Shown in pieces: positions 15,062-31,924 of a DNA stretch of 64,000 nt (the first letter of the stretch is position 1; each line of letters starts with the position of its first letter). Position numbers and translations under genes: made by a program. Below the pieces are notes generated by a model that was given only the letters and a program-made list of their open reading frames with translations, made no database searches and was not told the DNA's origin. The DNA is from Chrysomallon squamiferum (lineage: Eukaryota; Animalia; Mollusca), in NCBI GenBank assembly GCA_012295275.1, contig CM022670.1, forward strand, positions 3,658,001 through 3,722,000, in the 5' to 3' direction.

Positions 15062-15944
15062 TATATACATACACATACACACAGATATAAATATAATGTT
15101 ACATACATATACATATAAATATAACTATACATACACACACATTCATACATTACACAAATAAATCTGTACACACACAGAGTACTTACTGTCCTATCCAGTG
15201 ATATAGACATAACAGTGTTGTCATTAGCTCCACAGAAACAGATGTTGAATACAATTCGACTGTGAGATTTCATATCCTTCACTTGAAATGTCTCCTTTTC
15301 CTCACCATCAGCCTGTAACTTCCACAGCAATATGTCTCCTCTACAAAAAAAAATTTTTTTGGATTAAAACAAAATTATATTTAAATACTTTTATGAAAGA
15401 AAAAAATTTAATACTTTTTACTAAAAGAAAGAGATGGGGAGAGAGAGTGGGGAGACAAAGAGAGAAAGAAAGAGAGAGGGAAAGACAACAAGTTAGAATA
15501 CTATTGCTCAGAGAGAGATATACAAAATATTAATGTAACATTCTAAATCTGGATTTATCCGAGAATGTTCTTACTTGTGATTAGTGAAATGTCAATTAAT
15601 AATCAAAATGAACAAACGACTACAGAACAGTAAGTTTGAAATTAGATGAGGGTTTGAAGAAATTTTATTAATATATTCTACCATTTCTTCACACATATCT
15701 CAATTTATTTCAGTTTTACAATTACCCAACGGAACTTGATATCAGATGTTGTGGTTTTGTCTTTGGCCAGCAGACAGTAGTCCAGACTTTTCCGCGGTTT
15801 GTTCTCCAGCATCGCGGCGATAACCTTGATTGATAGGTATTTTTTTCTTAAACAACTGCTTCCCCTTTGAAGTGCCCCAGATTCTAATTGTCTTGTCACG
15901 TGACCCCGAAGCCAAAAGATAACCACAGACAGTATCACTTTCTA

Positions 15945-15985
<41 letters not shown>

Positions 15986-17569
15986 AAATGTTATAAACAG
16001 TTAGCATAAAGCTTGAAATAAATGAGAAATAAAGATTAAAAAAAAAAAATAATAATAAAATAATTTGAAAAAAAAAACACTATGTTATATGCTCTTCAGT
16101 TTACCATTTTGTTTGTTATCAGAAAACAAAACATCTTCTCCAGGGACTGGACACCAGGCTAAGGACTGAACTTCGTCATTATGACCATGGAAACGATGTT
16201 GTACAAGGCCAATTGTACCTACATCAACCAGTAAGATAACTCCAGATCTGTACCTGCAGTTCAAATAAAAATTACATTCTCAGGTTATATAATATGCTAA
16301 AACATATTTGCAGTTATTTTAATTTACAAATTTTATTATTAATGTGAATAAATTGGGGTTTTTGTGGGGTTATTTTTTATTTATTTTTTTATTTATTTAT
16401 TTATTGTCATTTGTTTGGGGGGTTTTGTGAGAAAAGATATCTAAGAAAGAAATACTGAGTGAGAAGGAGAGAAAGGCAGACTGACAGACAGAAAATAGAT
16501 ACATCTATAATATATTTGATATAGAAGGAATGATGCACAGAAAGCATGCAAAAGAATAAAAATATATAGAAAAGAGAAGATGGAAAGGAAAAAGAGAAAG
16601 AAAGACATTTTAAGATTTTTCTGTACAACAAGACAGTGTTGCTAATTCTCAGAAAGAAAGGTAATCATGTTAATTATTAAAATTACATTACCCAATAGCC
16701 AGCAGAGAAGCAGAGTGTGGACAACAGGCTAGACAATAAATGTAATCTTTCTCAAACTGAAAGTGACTGCGGTTATCCTGACCAAAACACCAGCTGACTA
16801 AATAACCCTTTTCATCTCCTGTCAGTATCAAATCAGTCTGAACATGTGACCAAGAAACAGCTGTGATTTTTACCTGCAATCAAAGGGTATAAATAAATGC
16901 ATTATTATATTTATACATAAAAAAATAAAAAATATTAAAACATAATAATAATAAATTTATACATTTTTTGGTAAGCAGTAGCCATCCAAGCATAGTTAGT
17001 ATGCAAGTCATAACTGTTTTAAACTTAGCAACATAATATTCCAATAACAAAATATTTTGATAATATGCTGACATCTTTTTACAAAATAACACAAATATTT
17101 TTAAATCGAGTCTAAAGAAAATACACAAGTTTGGAGATAAACATTGTAATTATCTGCTAATTTTAACTATTATTATCGAAGGTCATGTTTTATTTATTTT
17201 TTACTTAGTATTTAATTTATGCTCGTGTCTAACACAAACATAATAGGCTTCATATATAATGTGTTGCCATACCTTATGATCTCTATGACTTTGAAGTTCT
17301 GCTTTTGTTTGGACGTCCCATAGTTTGACGAGGCAGTCGTCTGCAGTGCTACAGCAGATCTCGGACTGACCGAATTCTTGACCTAAAGCCACAGCAGTTA
17401 TGCGATCTCTATGACCAGTGAAAACGCCCAAGAAATCAACAGAGTTATCAAGAATTTTGAAAACAAATACATCGTGCCGTGCACCGAAAACATACGTCCC
17501 CAAACTGTTTCCATCACTAATATGACTCAGGTACCAATTAGGCGACGCTGGTAGAGTTTGGCATGCCAT
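3529..17569 (-). CDS. GEMIN5: Gem-associated protein 5 (WD40-repeat snRNA-binding subunit of the SMN complex), N-terminal WD40 half; 3' end unresolved
   Basis: Exons with GT-AG boundaries: 17569-17273, 16873-16692, 16253-16105, 15941-15726 (needs +1 nt), 15340-15187, 14312-14216, 13717-13602, 12947-12862, 12330-12254, 11530-11406, 10983-10913, 10282-10089, 9283-9138, 8673-8507, 3840-3529. Translation gives LPASPNWY, GHNDEVQSLAWCP, LLASGSRDKTIRIW, HSRIVFN, IPSLGG, AVGVGDNTIRVW, WQGLKSKVTALSWHPSKEG.IAFGTDDG, AIGNEDG, all recalled as GEMIN5 motifs. Confidence 0.93.
4278..5525. repeat. Intronic inverted repeat; arms 4278-4330 and 5473-5525
   Basis: 53-nt arms, 52/53 complementary, with weaker homology extending outward. 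Confidence 0.85.
5570..5815. repeat. Degenerate ~30-nt minisatellite rich in TATCTGTGATA / GTGACATATCT
   Basis: Repeated TCTATCTGTGGTATCTTGTT.TGA.ACA units are visible by eye. Confidence 0.6.
9373..9430 (-). pseudogene. Decayed duplicate of GEMIN5 exon 10983-10913 (pseudo-exon)
   Basis: TGGCTGCAGCACTACTATCTGGTTTCCAGCTTATGTCAG...ATGTGTTCTTAATAA matches 10929-10991. It keeps the acceptor but has an in-frame TGA and no donor. Confidence 0.75.
12123..12179. repeat. 28-nt tandem duplication
   Basis: ATAATAAAACAGCATTCCCCAAACAGCT x2. Confidence 0.85.
13985..14046. repeat. 30-nt tandem duplication
   Basis: TGTTTTTACCCCAGATATCAAACTTATTCA x2. Confidence 0.85.
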
Positions 17570-18207
17570 TTCTGACACAGGTCAACCGGTGGCACTGCTG
17601 AATTAAAACAAAAAAGCACCCGAACGAAGTTTAGGTTAATTCCTTCCTTGTGCACTTTTCCTTTCCCAAAGTTGGTAAAACGCATATAAATAAATAACAT
17701 GCGTGCCGCTAACTTCCTTTATTTTCTTGTATTTTCCTCCATTTTGTAAATACCCTTCGGGGCTTACGGTAGCACTTTCTTTGACGTTTGCAAACCTACA
17801 GGATTTGATTGATGAAGCATAAACTATAGTTACAGTTACGTATTCTATAATAAGTTTATTTTTTATATATATTTATTTTATTTATTTTTTTATTTTTTAT
17901 TTTTATTTTATTGTTTTGTTGTTGTTTTTTTGAAGCAAAATTACATATATACCTTTTAGCTTGTGTTCGATGACATTTGAAATCGTTTTTGGGTGTTGTT
18001 GTTGTTTGTTTTTTTACATAGTCTTAATTATCCAAATAAAATTGTCGTTATGAAACAATTAAGATTATATACTATTTTATGAAATATTTTAATTTTAATT
18101 TTAATTTACTAACTAATGTAATACTCAAATATATAATAAAAATTAAAAGATAAAAAACGAAAAAAAATATACATTTTACGACAACCACAAACGTGAATAT
18201 ATTTAAC
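17570..18207. promoter_or_regulatory. Bidirectional promoter GEMIN5/MRPL22
   Basis: Only 638 nt separate the divergent ATGs. YY1-like motifs occur at about 17736-17746 (CCTCCATTTTG) and over the MRPL22 start (AACATGGCGGC). Confidence 0.7.
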
Positions 18208-19578
18208 ATGGCGGCGTTAATGAATTTTTCACGTAAGTTATCAATGTTAATATGAGAATGCCATATTTTTAGGTTGTTTATTCATTTCTTTTCTGGTTTT
18301 ATATGATTCAACGTTTAAAAAATATATGAGATAAAAGCTATTTGACAGAAATTTTATTAAATTAAAGTTTAGATCTGTCAACACAATTTGACATTCATCT
18401 TGTAATTGTGATATCGACAACACGTTTAACTTTAAAAAATCGTTTTACTTAAGTTTTCGTTTATTGTCAAGCTTATTTGTATATTTCAGGTTTGTTTACA
18501 CAGAAATTGTTTCAAGTATCACATCCTCTGAGCAGGTAAGTAAATTATAAGCATGCCGCCAATGACACAATAATAATCGAGATAATGAAATAAATGATAT
18601 TGAAATTATTAATCATATTCATATTCATATTGATAAAGACACCATCATAATTTATTAATATTATACTTTATGGGCATTATCACAAAATTATGATAATAAC
18701 TTCATAAAGGCATAACGATAATTAGAATAAGCTATGCCAATGTTTGTAAGGATGAAATATGATGTTTTAACAAATTAAATAAATGAATTTAAAATACTAA
18801 CAAAAGATTGTTCAGTATTATATTCATTAACGAAGATTAGTTTATCATCTATTTTTAAAATTCAAATGGTTTCAGGGAAGTATTAAAGAATATAACCTGG
18901 TCTCAGAAGCGATTAGTGCATGCCTGTTGTGTTTTACAAACGGCTTTTCGTAACACTGAACTAGAGGATCATGCACTACCAGGCATTAAGACAAGATCAC
19001 TGAGGTGGGACAAGTTCAATGACATTGTTTACCCACCTCAACAAGAAGGGGAACAACCACGTCCAGCAGTAAGTTTTATATCATTATCAGTTTTAATATA
19101 TATTGCTTGCATTGTTCTTGTTTTCATATTTATTTTATTATTAAGTCAAGAAATAATTTTCAGAAATGAATAAAGTTTTTTTACTATTTTCTGGGAAAAG
19201 TATTTGTCTTACTATTTATTTATTCATTTATAGTTATATGTAATTCTATAATATAAATTTATTGAAGTATGATAATTACACAAATGTACACTGTTCAATT
19301 TTAACATTTTGAAAATAAGTCATCTTTTAAATTTATTATTATTTAAACTTTTGTGGCAGTCATTTGTTTGTAACATTATGTGAAAAGGTGTTTGTATTGT
19401 TTCCTAGGAAATATGTCACTCAAGATTTAACATCAAGTACAGCCCTTTAAAACTGTGGTATATATCTGTCATGGTTAGTAATCCATTTTAAAATCTTCAG
19501 TATTTTACAAGTCATTTTTGATTTTAAAATATTTTAATTAATACATGTAGTGAAGGATATTTCTTTCTATTCATTTTA

Positions 19579-19609
<31 letters not shown>

Positions 19610-21058
19610 TTTTTTTTTTTTTTTTTTATTTACATTGTTTATAACAGCAAGTATATAGTTTTAGAGGTATTATTTGGGTAGTTACAAATTTTATATATAT
19701 AATATATTTATGTATTTTTTTTTATTATCATTATTTATAATGTATCAAGGAATACTGAAGTATTCACTAGGAAATGAAAGTCATAATGATAATGTATGTA
19801 TGTATATATAATTTATTTCTGTTATTATAAGTTGCTGTATTATGTTTTAATGGAAACTATATGTTTATCATTTTTCTTTATATACTAATATTTACTAGTA
19901 TTAATCATGGGTCTTATTATATATTTATTATATTGTATTTATTTATTAAGATCCGTGGAATGACAATAGATGAGGCTATTAAACAGCTAACTTTCTACAA
20001 GAGAAAAGGTGCTACTACTGTCAAAGAGGTATGAGAAATTAACAATTTCTCTAAATTTCAGATTAATTGTACAATTAGTAGTTTTTAATATTTATTATCA
20101 TTATTGTTGTTGTTGTTTTATCTTAATTTGTATTTTTTATTCCTTTTTATTTGTTATTCAATAACCAAACCAGCACACTCCCTAAAAGAACAAACAGTAT
20201 CTTGGATACATATCTGTTATCATAATCATTAACATTCTTATGTTATGAGACATTGTTAAATACATTTTTGTTTTTTAATTTGAATTTCACACTTACTTAT
20301 TTCATTATTTTTCATCCAGGTGTTGTTAGAAGCTCAGGAAATGGCAGTCAGAGATCATAATGTTGAATATAAATCTAATCTTTGGGTTGGTGAGTATTCA
20401 GTTTTGTTTTCCATCTGGTGTTCTCTTTTCAAAATTTTATTCATAGACATAATAATAAGTTATTAATAAAGTAAATAATACCATTGTTTTATCTCTTGGA
20501 GTTATGGTCACACATACATAGCAGAATGATAGGTATACATTTATTTTTTATTTTCTTATTATTATTATTTTTTTGTTTTTTTTATATCCTAACACTAGAA
20601 GAAGAAACTAGAGAAAAATTGGTCCATCCTGAACTTAGTGAAAATAGAAACAGAGAAGAATATTGTTAAATTATTTTTTTTCGTTTTTGTTATATGTCAT
20701 TGCTGATTAAGACAGAATAGCTAAAAACACAAGTAAAACAACTTGAAATTATGTAAAAATTAGTACAACTATTTCTTCTAAACTGCACTTTGATTCTTAA
20801 ATTCTATTTAATATCCAGTTTATTGTTGGTTTTTTTTAAGCTGATTCCTTTGTGGGTCGAGGAAGAATCATAAAAGGGATGAGGAAACACAGAGGTCCTA
20901 GATTTGGAATCATTTCTTATCGTTACTGCAACTATTTTGTGCGACTGCGAGAAGGACCACCACCAAAACACTACTATCCTCCACCCCAGACAGGCAATGA
21001 GAAGTTAGAGGAGTACATTAAAGAGCAAAGAAGCAGAAGAGTTATTAATTCATTGTGA
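18208..21058 (+). CDS. MRPL22: 39S mitochondrial ribosomal protein L22 (uL22m)
   Basis: Seven phase-consistent exons: 18208-18232, 18490-18535, 18876-19068, 19408-19473, 19951-20028, 20320-20389, 20841-21058. Motifs [80 protein letters not shown]. Confidence 0.95.
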
Positions 21059-22196
21059 TTTTCAAAAGCAGACTTAGCAAATGTACGTTATCAGCATGAA
21101 CCAGACAGTGTTTCTTTACATTCACAGAAGGGAATCCTTTTATGTCATTTGTGTGCAACATTTTAGTATTTCCATACACAGGGATGGGGATGGGGTAAAA
21201 TGGAAAATAAAATTAATTTAATGATTGGTATTTTTATTTATTTATTTTTTAATTTTTTTTTTTTTAATCGTCATCATGCTCCCTTGACTAATGTCTTAAC
21301 CGATAACCCCGATTTCTGTGCAGCATTGTGTAAGATAGTAAAGAATTGTAATTTACAATGGATCACCCACTTAGAAAACCACTGTTTCAAATGATTAATA
21401 AAATGGTTAAAAACTTTAAAAAACTAAAACTTTTTCAAAAACACCTATGTAAATGTGTTTGGTTGAGTATTTACCCATAATATTTGAAGGGATTGTAACT
21501 CTGCTCTAATTGTGATATTTGCAGACAAAAAACATAACACAAACTGCAATAGCATAAATTTTACTCAGTGTTCAAAGTAAATTCATGGGTGTTCTGAATT
21601 AAATAAGGTTGTATATAAAATATTAATACAATAAAATATTTCTAAAATATATATATGTGTATATATAAATATAATACAAAGTTTATTAGTATAATGTTTC
21701 AAAAATATATATATATATCAGTTTTTGTTTCATATAAATAAAAATATAGTAAATGAAATAAATTTGTATAAATTTTATCTATATTCTAAAATAATATTAA
21801 ATTCACATTTTGATGCTGGGGAAATAGGAAATAAATATGATTGTATGTACAATGCAAAATAATTTACTAAAAATGTATATTATGATTATTATTATTATTA
21901 ATTTATTAAAAATATATACGTTACTGTAACACAATCACGAATATATATAAATTATGTTCCAAAAAATATGTAATTTAGCATATGTATTATTTAAATATTT
22001 AAAATAATAAATTCATCTTTTATTTTGGGTATTTCAGTTTAAACAAAATTATATATAAAATATAATATAAAATACTTTAGCATAAATTTTACAAATATTT
22101 GTAACAAAAATGATATCTTAGTAATTATTAAATTCATGATTTAATTTTGGATTTTGAATTTTTTATAATTTAAAATTTCCAGAATTTACGGAGATT

Positions 22197-26418
<4,222 letters not shown>

Positions 26419-26607
26419 GATTAATAACAGCAGAATAACGCGTGCGTTTGTTTACAATTGGATAGGTCAAAGGTCAGCCTAGATACAATGACGCTTGCGC
26501 ACATAATAAGATGTATATCCGTTTCCGTAAAACCAGACGTGGTTTTGTGACCTTAGCGAAAAGTTGAAAGATAATTTTATAATCTGGTATATAACGTTTA
26601 TTAACAG
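26419..26607. promoter_or_regulatory. Compact bidirectional promoter CNBD/TIMM8 plus likely TIMM8 non-coding first exon
   Basis: Forkhead site TGTTTAC (about 26449-26455), perfect DR1 AGGTCAAAGGTCA (26464-26476), NRF1-like ACGCTTGCGCA, ETS-like TCCGTTTCCG (about 26518-26527), and a plus-strand donor at about 26607. Confidence 0.65.
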
Positions 26608-27636
26608 GTAGAAATTTTATATATACATTTAATTACGATATATGTAAATGATTATCCAAATAAAATTAACAGTTCAGTAAGCTAGAGTAACTCAGTAACT
26701 GATTAAGTGTACTAAATAGTAAATTGTAACACATTAGTGATTTGATAATTTCATGATTTCTAAACTGGCGATCTGAATTAGTGAAATAAATAAATTGTTT
26801 GTTTTTCATGATTTGAACAGATAGTTACCGCTGAATATCACTGATTATGATATAATTATTATAATTTTAAATTTGTACGCGGTATCCTGATAAATCATAA
26901 AGGCTGCACGTTTACAAATACAATGAACTACAAGTTGTACAACTATGAACTAGTCAGTGTCAATAATTCGAATGCTGATACTGTACTAGTGCAAGTACTA
27001 GCCATAATCTGGAAGTCACGATTACCTCAAACAAAAATAAACAATATTGGGTTCCACACTGCATCCCACTTTTATTCAAATTTTAAGAAAATATGGACTT
27101 TGATATAGATTACTTCTTTTTAATAAAAATGAAGCCATCAGAAACATGTTAAAAATTAGTTGAGCATAGGCAGTATTGTCTTTTAATATTGGTAACAAGA
27201 ACTGAGATTGTCCAGTTTAACATTAATTAGGTACTTGATCAAATTTGATATTTTTCCCAAAATACTTAAATAGTGTTTATATATAGATTCATTGTGTAAA
27301 ATGACTAGCAGTTTCATTCATTTACTGACTAGGCCAAAGTACACATTGAAAATACCTCTGAAACCAAATTTCATATATTGTTTGCATTATAATTATTTAA
27401 TATAAAAAATAAAAAAATCAGATTCTTGTCATATTATTTTGTGAACCTCAGACACTAAGTATTCATCCAGACTAAATATTTTCATTGATACCATACATTT
27501 CTGATTTAGACAAATTTAAATCCTGAAAGGCATTTCATTGTTTTCTTTTTGCAGCGTATAAACTGAATTGATCCACTGAAGTTGCAAACACTGAGGATTT
27601 GACTGACAAGAGTTTCACAAGAAAAGGCTTTTCACG

Positions 27637-27900
27637 ATGTCATTTGACAGCAGCAGACTTCCAGATGGTGCTGATCCAGAACTTGCGAAATTTGTGCAGA
27701 TGGAATCGCAGAAGGCAGAGTTTCAAAATCAAATCCATAAACTGACAGACACATGCTGGGAAACGTGTATGGACAAACCACGAGACAGACTGGACAGTAG
27801 GACAGAGACCTGTATGGTGAATTGTGTGGAACGTTTTATTGACATGTCTCTTGTGATAACAAACAGATTTCAGCAACTTTTGGTTCGAGGTTCTCAGTAA
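27637..27900 (+). CDS. TIMM8: Mitochondrial intermembrane-space small Tim chaperone Tim8
   Basis: Single-exon 87-aa ORF with twin CX3C motif (CWETC...CMVNC), DPELAKFVQMESQK and VERFID. A 5'UTR intron is likely: donor CAG|gtaga at about 26607, acceptor ttttgcag ending 27554. Confidence 0.95.
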   Translation: MSFDSSRLPDGADPELAKFVQMESQKAEFQNQIHKLTDTCWETCMDKPRDRLDSRTETCMVNCVERFIDMSLVITNRFQQLLVRGSQ

Positions 27901-28873
27901 TATGCAAAGTAACTGGATAAAACATCACACACATATAAAGAAAACAATGCTAGAATGTATGATGTTGCCTTCATAACTGCTAAACTGTAACTTTTACAGA
28001 TATTAAAAATAAGGATAATACATTACTTAAAATTTTAAAACATAGCATAGTTCTGTAAATTGTTGTCTTAGTTTTAGAAAAATCAGGAAGGATATAACTA
28101 ACATAGTGTCCGAAAAAGAATTAGAATGTGTGAATTGGTGAGATATTTACTAGAAACTCCTTGTTTGTATTAAAACATACCATCAAAAATTTCCTGAAAA
28201 TGAGTAATTTTATGATTGATCTTAAAATAAAAATGGTTTGAACAATCAAACAAAATAATATCTCTCAGTTGTTTGTTATTTGTATTTCATGGTTCTATTT
28301 GTTCAGGTAAAGAAAGGTTAGTTTGGAGAAACAGAAAATATCTTAAATATGTTTAGGCTAGTTGTTAAATACATCATGGAAACTGATTGGGTGGCTGGAG
28401 TAAACAGGAATTTGGAAATGATAAAATTGTTTTGAAATCTCACTGATAAAATTTTTACTAATCATTCTCAGGGAAAATAAAGGATAGTAAATTATCTTAC
28501 TAACATTACACTTTTAAATATTTTTTTTTAATTGGTCTGTGTTTATAATTATATATGTATAGAGGGAGTGAAGGCCAGAGTAAGAAGGCTAGATGAAATT
28601 GGAAGTGACAAATTAACAAATGATATTAACTAGTAACAGTAACAATGACAACAACAACAACAATAATAATGAAAATTATTAAAAATAATTAGAATCATAT
28701 ATGCAAGAACAAGTGGAAAGTAAACAATTTGATGCAAGCTGTAAACGGTGAGGAAGGGATATAAACTACAATAAAATAATTCAATAAAAGAGAAGAGAAC
28801 AATATATTAACTGCATGTATATATGTGTGCATTTATTAGTTTAAAAACAAGAAAACAAAAAATGAACTATTAA

Positions 28874-29266
28874 AGGTTCGACCTCACTAGTCTGCCAGCT
28901 TCAGTAGTTCAGAATGGTTAATTACTTTTCTTGGCCAGCTATGGCACTACCAGTGGCTCATACAGGTTTACTTTTGCCACAGATTATTTACAGAAGTAAA
29001 GATATTAGTTTTTTTTTTTTTTTTTTTTTTTAACATTTCTACTGTAACAAAAGGAGTGAATACAGAGAAAGAAACCCAAGACTAACATTTTGCATAAAGA
29101 TATCCAGAATGCCTGAATTTAGTTTGTACGTTGTATCTACATCAATAATACAGTATAGTTTATGCTCTGTTTTGTCACTTTTTATCCTAAGATTCAATGG
29201 TTCGGTAACTAGGCTGCACCGATACCTTTCTTGTACAAAGTTTGCTGGATGAGTGAGGTCCAGCCT
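28874..29266. mobile_element. MITE with imperfect TIRs (AGG...CCT) and TAA/TTAA flanks; PIF-Harbinger- or Kolobok-like
   Basis: Left end AGGTTCGACCTCACTAGTC; the right end reverse-complements to AGGCTGGACCTCACTCATCC; TAA lies on both sides. Confidence 0.6.
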
Positions 29267-29344
29267 TAATATGAAAATTTAAAAAAAAAAAACAACAACA
29301 AAAAAACAGGGCCTTTTTCATACAGGTTAGCAAATGTAACATAC

Positions 29345-29794
29345 CATAAAGAACGCAGACACTGGCAATTTCCATGTTCGTCGGTTCGATTTTGATTTGC
29401 TTCCCCTAAGAATTACTACCTCTGACATCTTCATCTTTGATAATAGGTTTTTACTCAAAAGGTTATAACCAGACGAACGCAAAGTGACATAGCTAATAGA
29501 GAAATATCTACTATGTCCCATTATTTTCTTATCTCTACTAGGAGAAGGCAACAGTGAATGATGACGTGTCACATCATATTTCGGCTGCAAATTAGATGAA
29601 ATGTTTTCATTTTTTATTTTGCTACTACTGCTCCCTAGTTTTAAGTTTTGGACGGCTACCATCTGTTTCGCTTTTTCTCCTTTGAGTTTCAGACGCGTCA
29701 TAAAATGCGGGTATTTTTCTAACAGACGATGAATCCCATTGTCCGGAGGAGAGACACGATCAGAGGTTGGGTCGGGATATACTGCATTTGCCAT
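29345..29794 (-). CDS. Candidate alternative (duplicated) first coding exon of the CNBD gene, or relic of a paralogue
   Basis: 150 open codons from ATG 29794 to a phase-0 donor ATG|gtatgt. GIHRLLEKYPH resembles GIDHLVKVFPN of exon 26418-25870, and the upstream ~100 nt are homologous to the promoter at 26419-26530. Confidence 0.55.
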
Positions 29795-29900
29795 GTTTGA
29801 CGAAGAACAACCACACGTGTGTTTGTTTATAATTGAGAGGTCAGAGGTTATGCGACATTCAACGCATGTGCTAAACTTTATCTTCCGTTTCCGTTGCTCA
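29795..29900. promoter_or_regulatory. Diverged duplicate of the CNBD/TIMM8 promoter
   Basis: CGTGTGTTTGTTTATAATTG-AG-AGGTCAGAGGTTA ... ACGCATGTGC ... TCCGTTTCCGT has the same motif order and similar spacing to the ATG as 26419-26530. Confidence 0.65.
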
Positions 29901-29920
29901 GTTCGAGTTTATTTTCCAAC

Positions 29921-29962
<42 letters not shown>

Positions 29963-30307
29963 TCCTTTAATCTAATTTATTTTTAAACAATTATCTCGAA
30001 CTAAATTTGAACTGTCAGTTCATATTACTTTTTAGCCATGAAATTAATAACTTCCTGCAACAAGCAGCATATGGTGAAAATAAAGTTATATGTAATAATA
30101 AATAATAATAGGAGAGGAAATATTTAATTCATTTAATTTCAGTATCATAAAATATAATTCCTTGGTTATCAAGTTTTCTTTCTTTCTTTATTATTTGTAA
30201 TATACATGCTACCCGATTCAACTCCTCAAAACAGACAATTAATAATAGCAATAACTGGTAAGAAATGGTATCTGAGAGTATAACATGAGTTATCGCTCTT
30301 AGATCTC

Positions 30308-30378
<71 letters not shown>

Positions 30379-30847
30379 TCTTTTTATTTACTTCTATTAT
30401 TCTGAAGAATAAAAGGCACAGTGAAAATAGTAAGTTAAAAATTGGAAATTTTTTGAACATAATTTCATGATGTTTTAAACTTAGCATTAGTTTTCAAGAT
30501 TTTGAGAATTTTCACATTTTAGTACCATTTAAAAATTTATGTTACCTTTCATATTGTACGAATTCTCCAAGACTTTATTAATTATTTTATTTAAAAATTT
30601 ATGAAATTATGTTCTATGTTCTGGAAATATTTGACGATTCTGTAATATTTCACCATTTTGTAAGTTTTATAGATTTTTTAAAATTTATTATTATTATTAT
30701 TATAAAACATTATAATATAAAACTAAATGTTCATTGTTGCGAGTGTACTACTCTCTTTAATAAAAGTAAACTGGATACGTGTCAGTCTTATTTCGTTTAA
30801 TCATTACAGCTGTGCTCTTTCTTTAAATGATAGAACTCGTACAAACT

Positions 30848-30849
<2 letters not shown>

Positions 30850-30924
<75 letters not shown>

Positions 30925-31001
30925 GAGAAATTAAAATATCGTTTTCTATTTTGCCAGTCACCGAGAATTAAAATTTTGTGAGAGAGAGAGAGAAGAGAGA
31001 G

Positions 31002-31071
<70 letters not shown>

Positions 31072-31158
31072 TAAGTGATAGTTGTACATATGCAAATTGT
31101 ACAGAAACATAATACAAAATGCATTAACGCACAAAGTGAGAGAGAAAGAAAGAGGGAT

Positions 31159-31214
<56 letters not shown>
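30850..31214. repeat. (CT)n followed by two (AG)n tracts
   Basis: (CT)n about 30850-30920; (AG)n about 30980-31066 and 31162-31214. Confidence 0.95.
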
Positions 31215-31217
<3 letters not shown>

Positions 31218-31794
31218 AAATAAAAATACTGAAGAAAACAAGAGAAGAGAAAATCAGAATGTCGATTTTCTTGTCCACCAGAACTGTTGAAGTTCCACTC
31301 TGTTCATTCCGTTTGCTCATCTATCAACATTTAATACGCCTTGGATTACTGACACCTCACAATGAGCCTGGATTATTGCGATTCCGCCTCGCGTTGTAGT
31401 AGCTGCGGCAGAATGCCAGCGAACTAAATTTGCACAAAGACTAAGTCGCCTAATTTCCTCTAGAATACGTTTTATAGTCGGCGTTTCTCTCCGATATCCA
31501 TCACGGTGACTGCATGAGACTTTCAGTATCAAACGTGTAAATGAGTGAATATAAAAGCGATGTGGCCGTTTTCGAATCTGCGTTCGACTGATAATAATCA
31601 CTGTTAAACTCATAACTGTCTCATTCCAGCGACCACTAGGTCAGTTTAAGTCTCGCACGTGAGTGAATTAAAATGTAACTTAAGAGAAAGACAAACAGAA
31701 ACAATCTCTTAAAGGGACTTTAAAGGTAATTTGTTGATGACTGTGTGTATGTCAAAGTATTTAATGAAACACACACATTGAAACTCTATGTTGA

Positions 31795-31924
31795 AACTCT
31801 GTGTAGAAATAATAATAAAAACAAGCATCCATTCGATATCTCTTTTTACATATTAATTGTTGAAGGAAATCAAAGGAAACTCTGTGTAGAAATAATAATA
31901 AAAACAAGCATCCATTCGATATCT
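31795..31924. repeat. 47-nt direct repeat x2
   Basis: AACTCTGTGTAGAAATAATAATAAAAACAAGCATCCATTCGATATCT at about 31795 and 31878. Confidence 0.85.

Noticed and set aside
15705-15938. 77-aa ORF from the track over GEMIN5 exon 4
   Set aside because: Wrong frame; the homologous peptide lies in the other two frames on either side of the frameshift.
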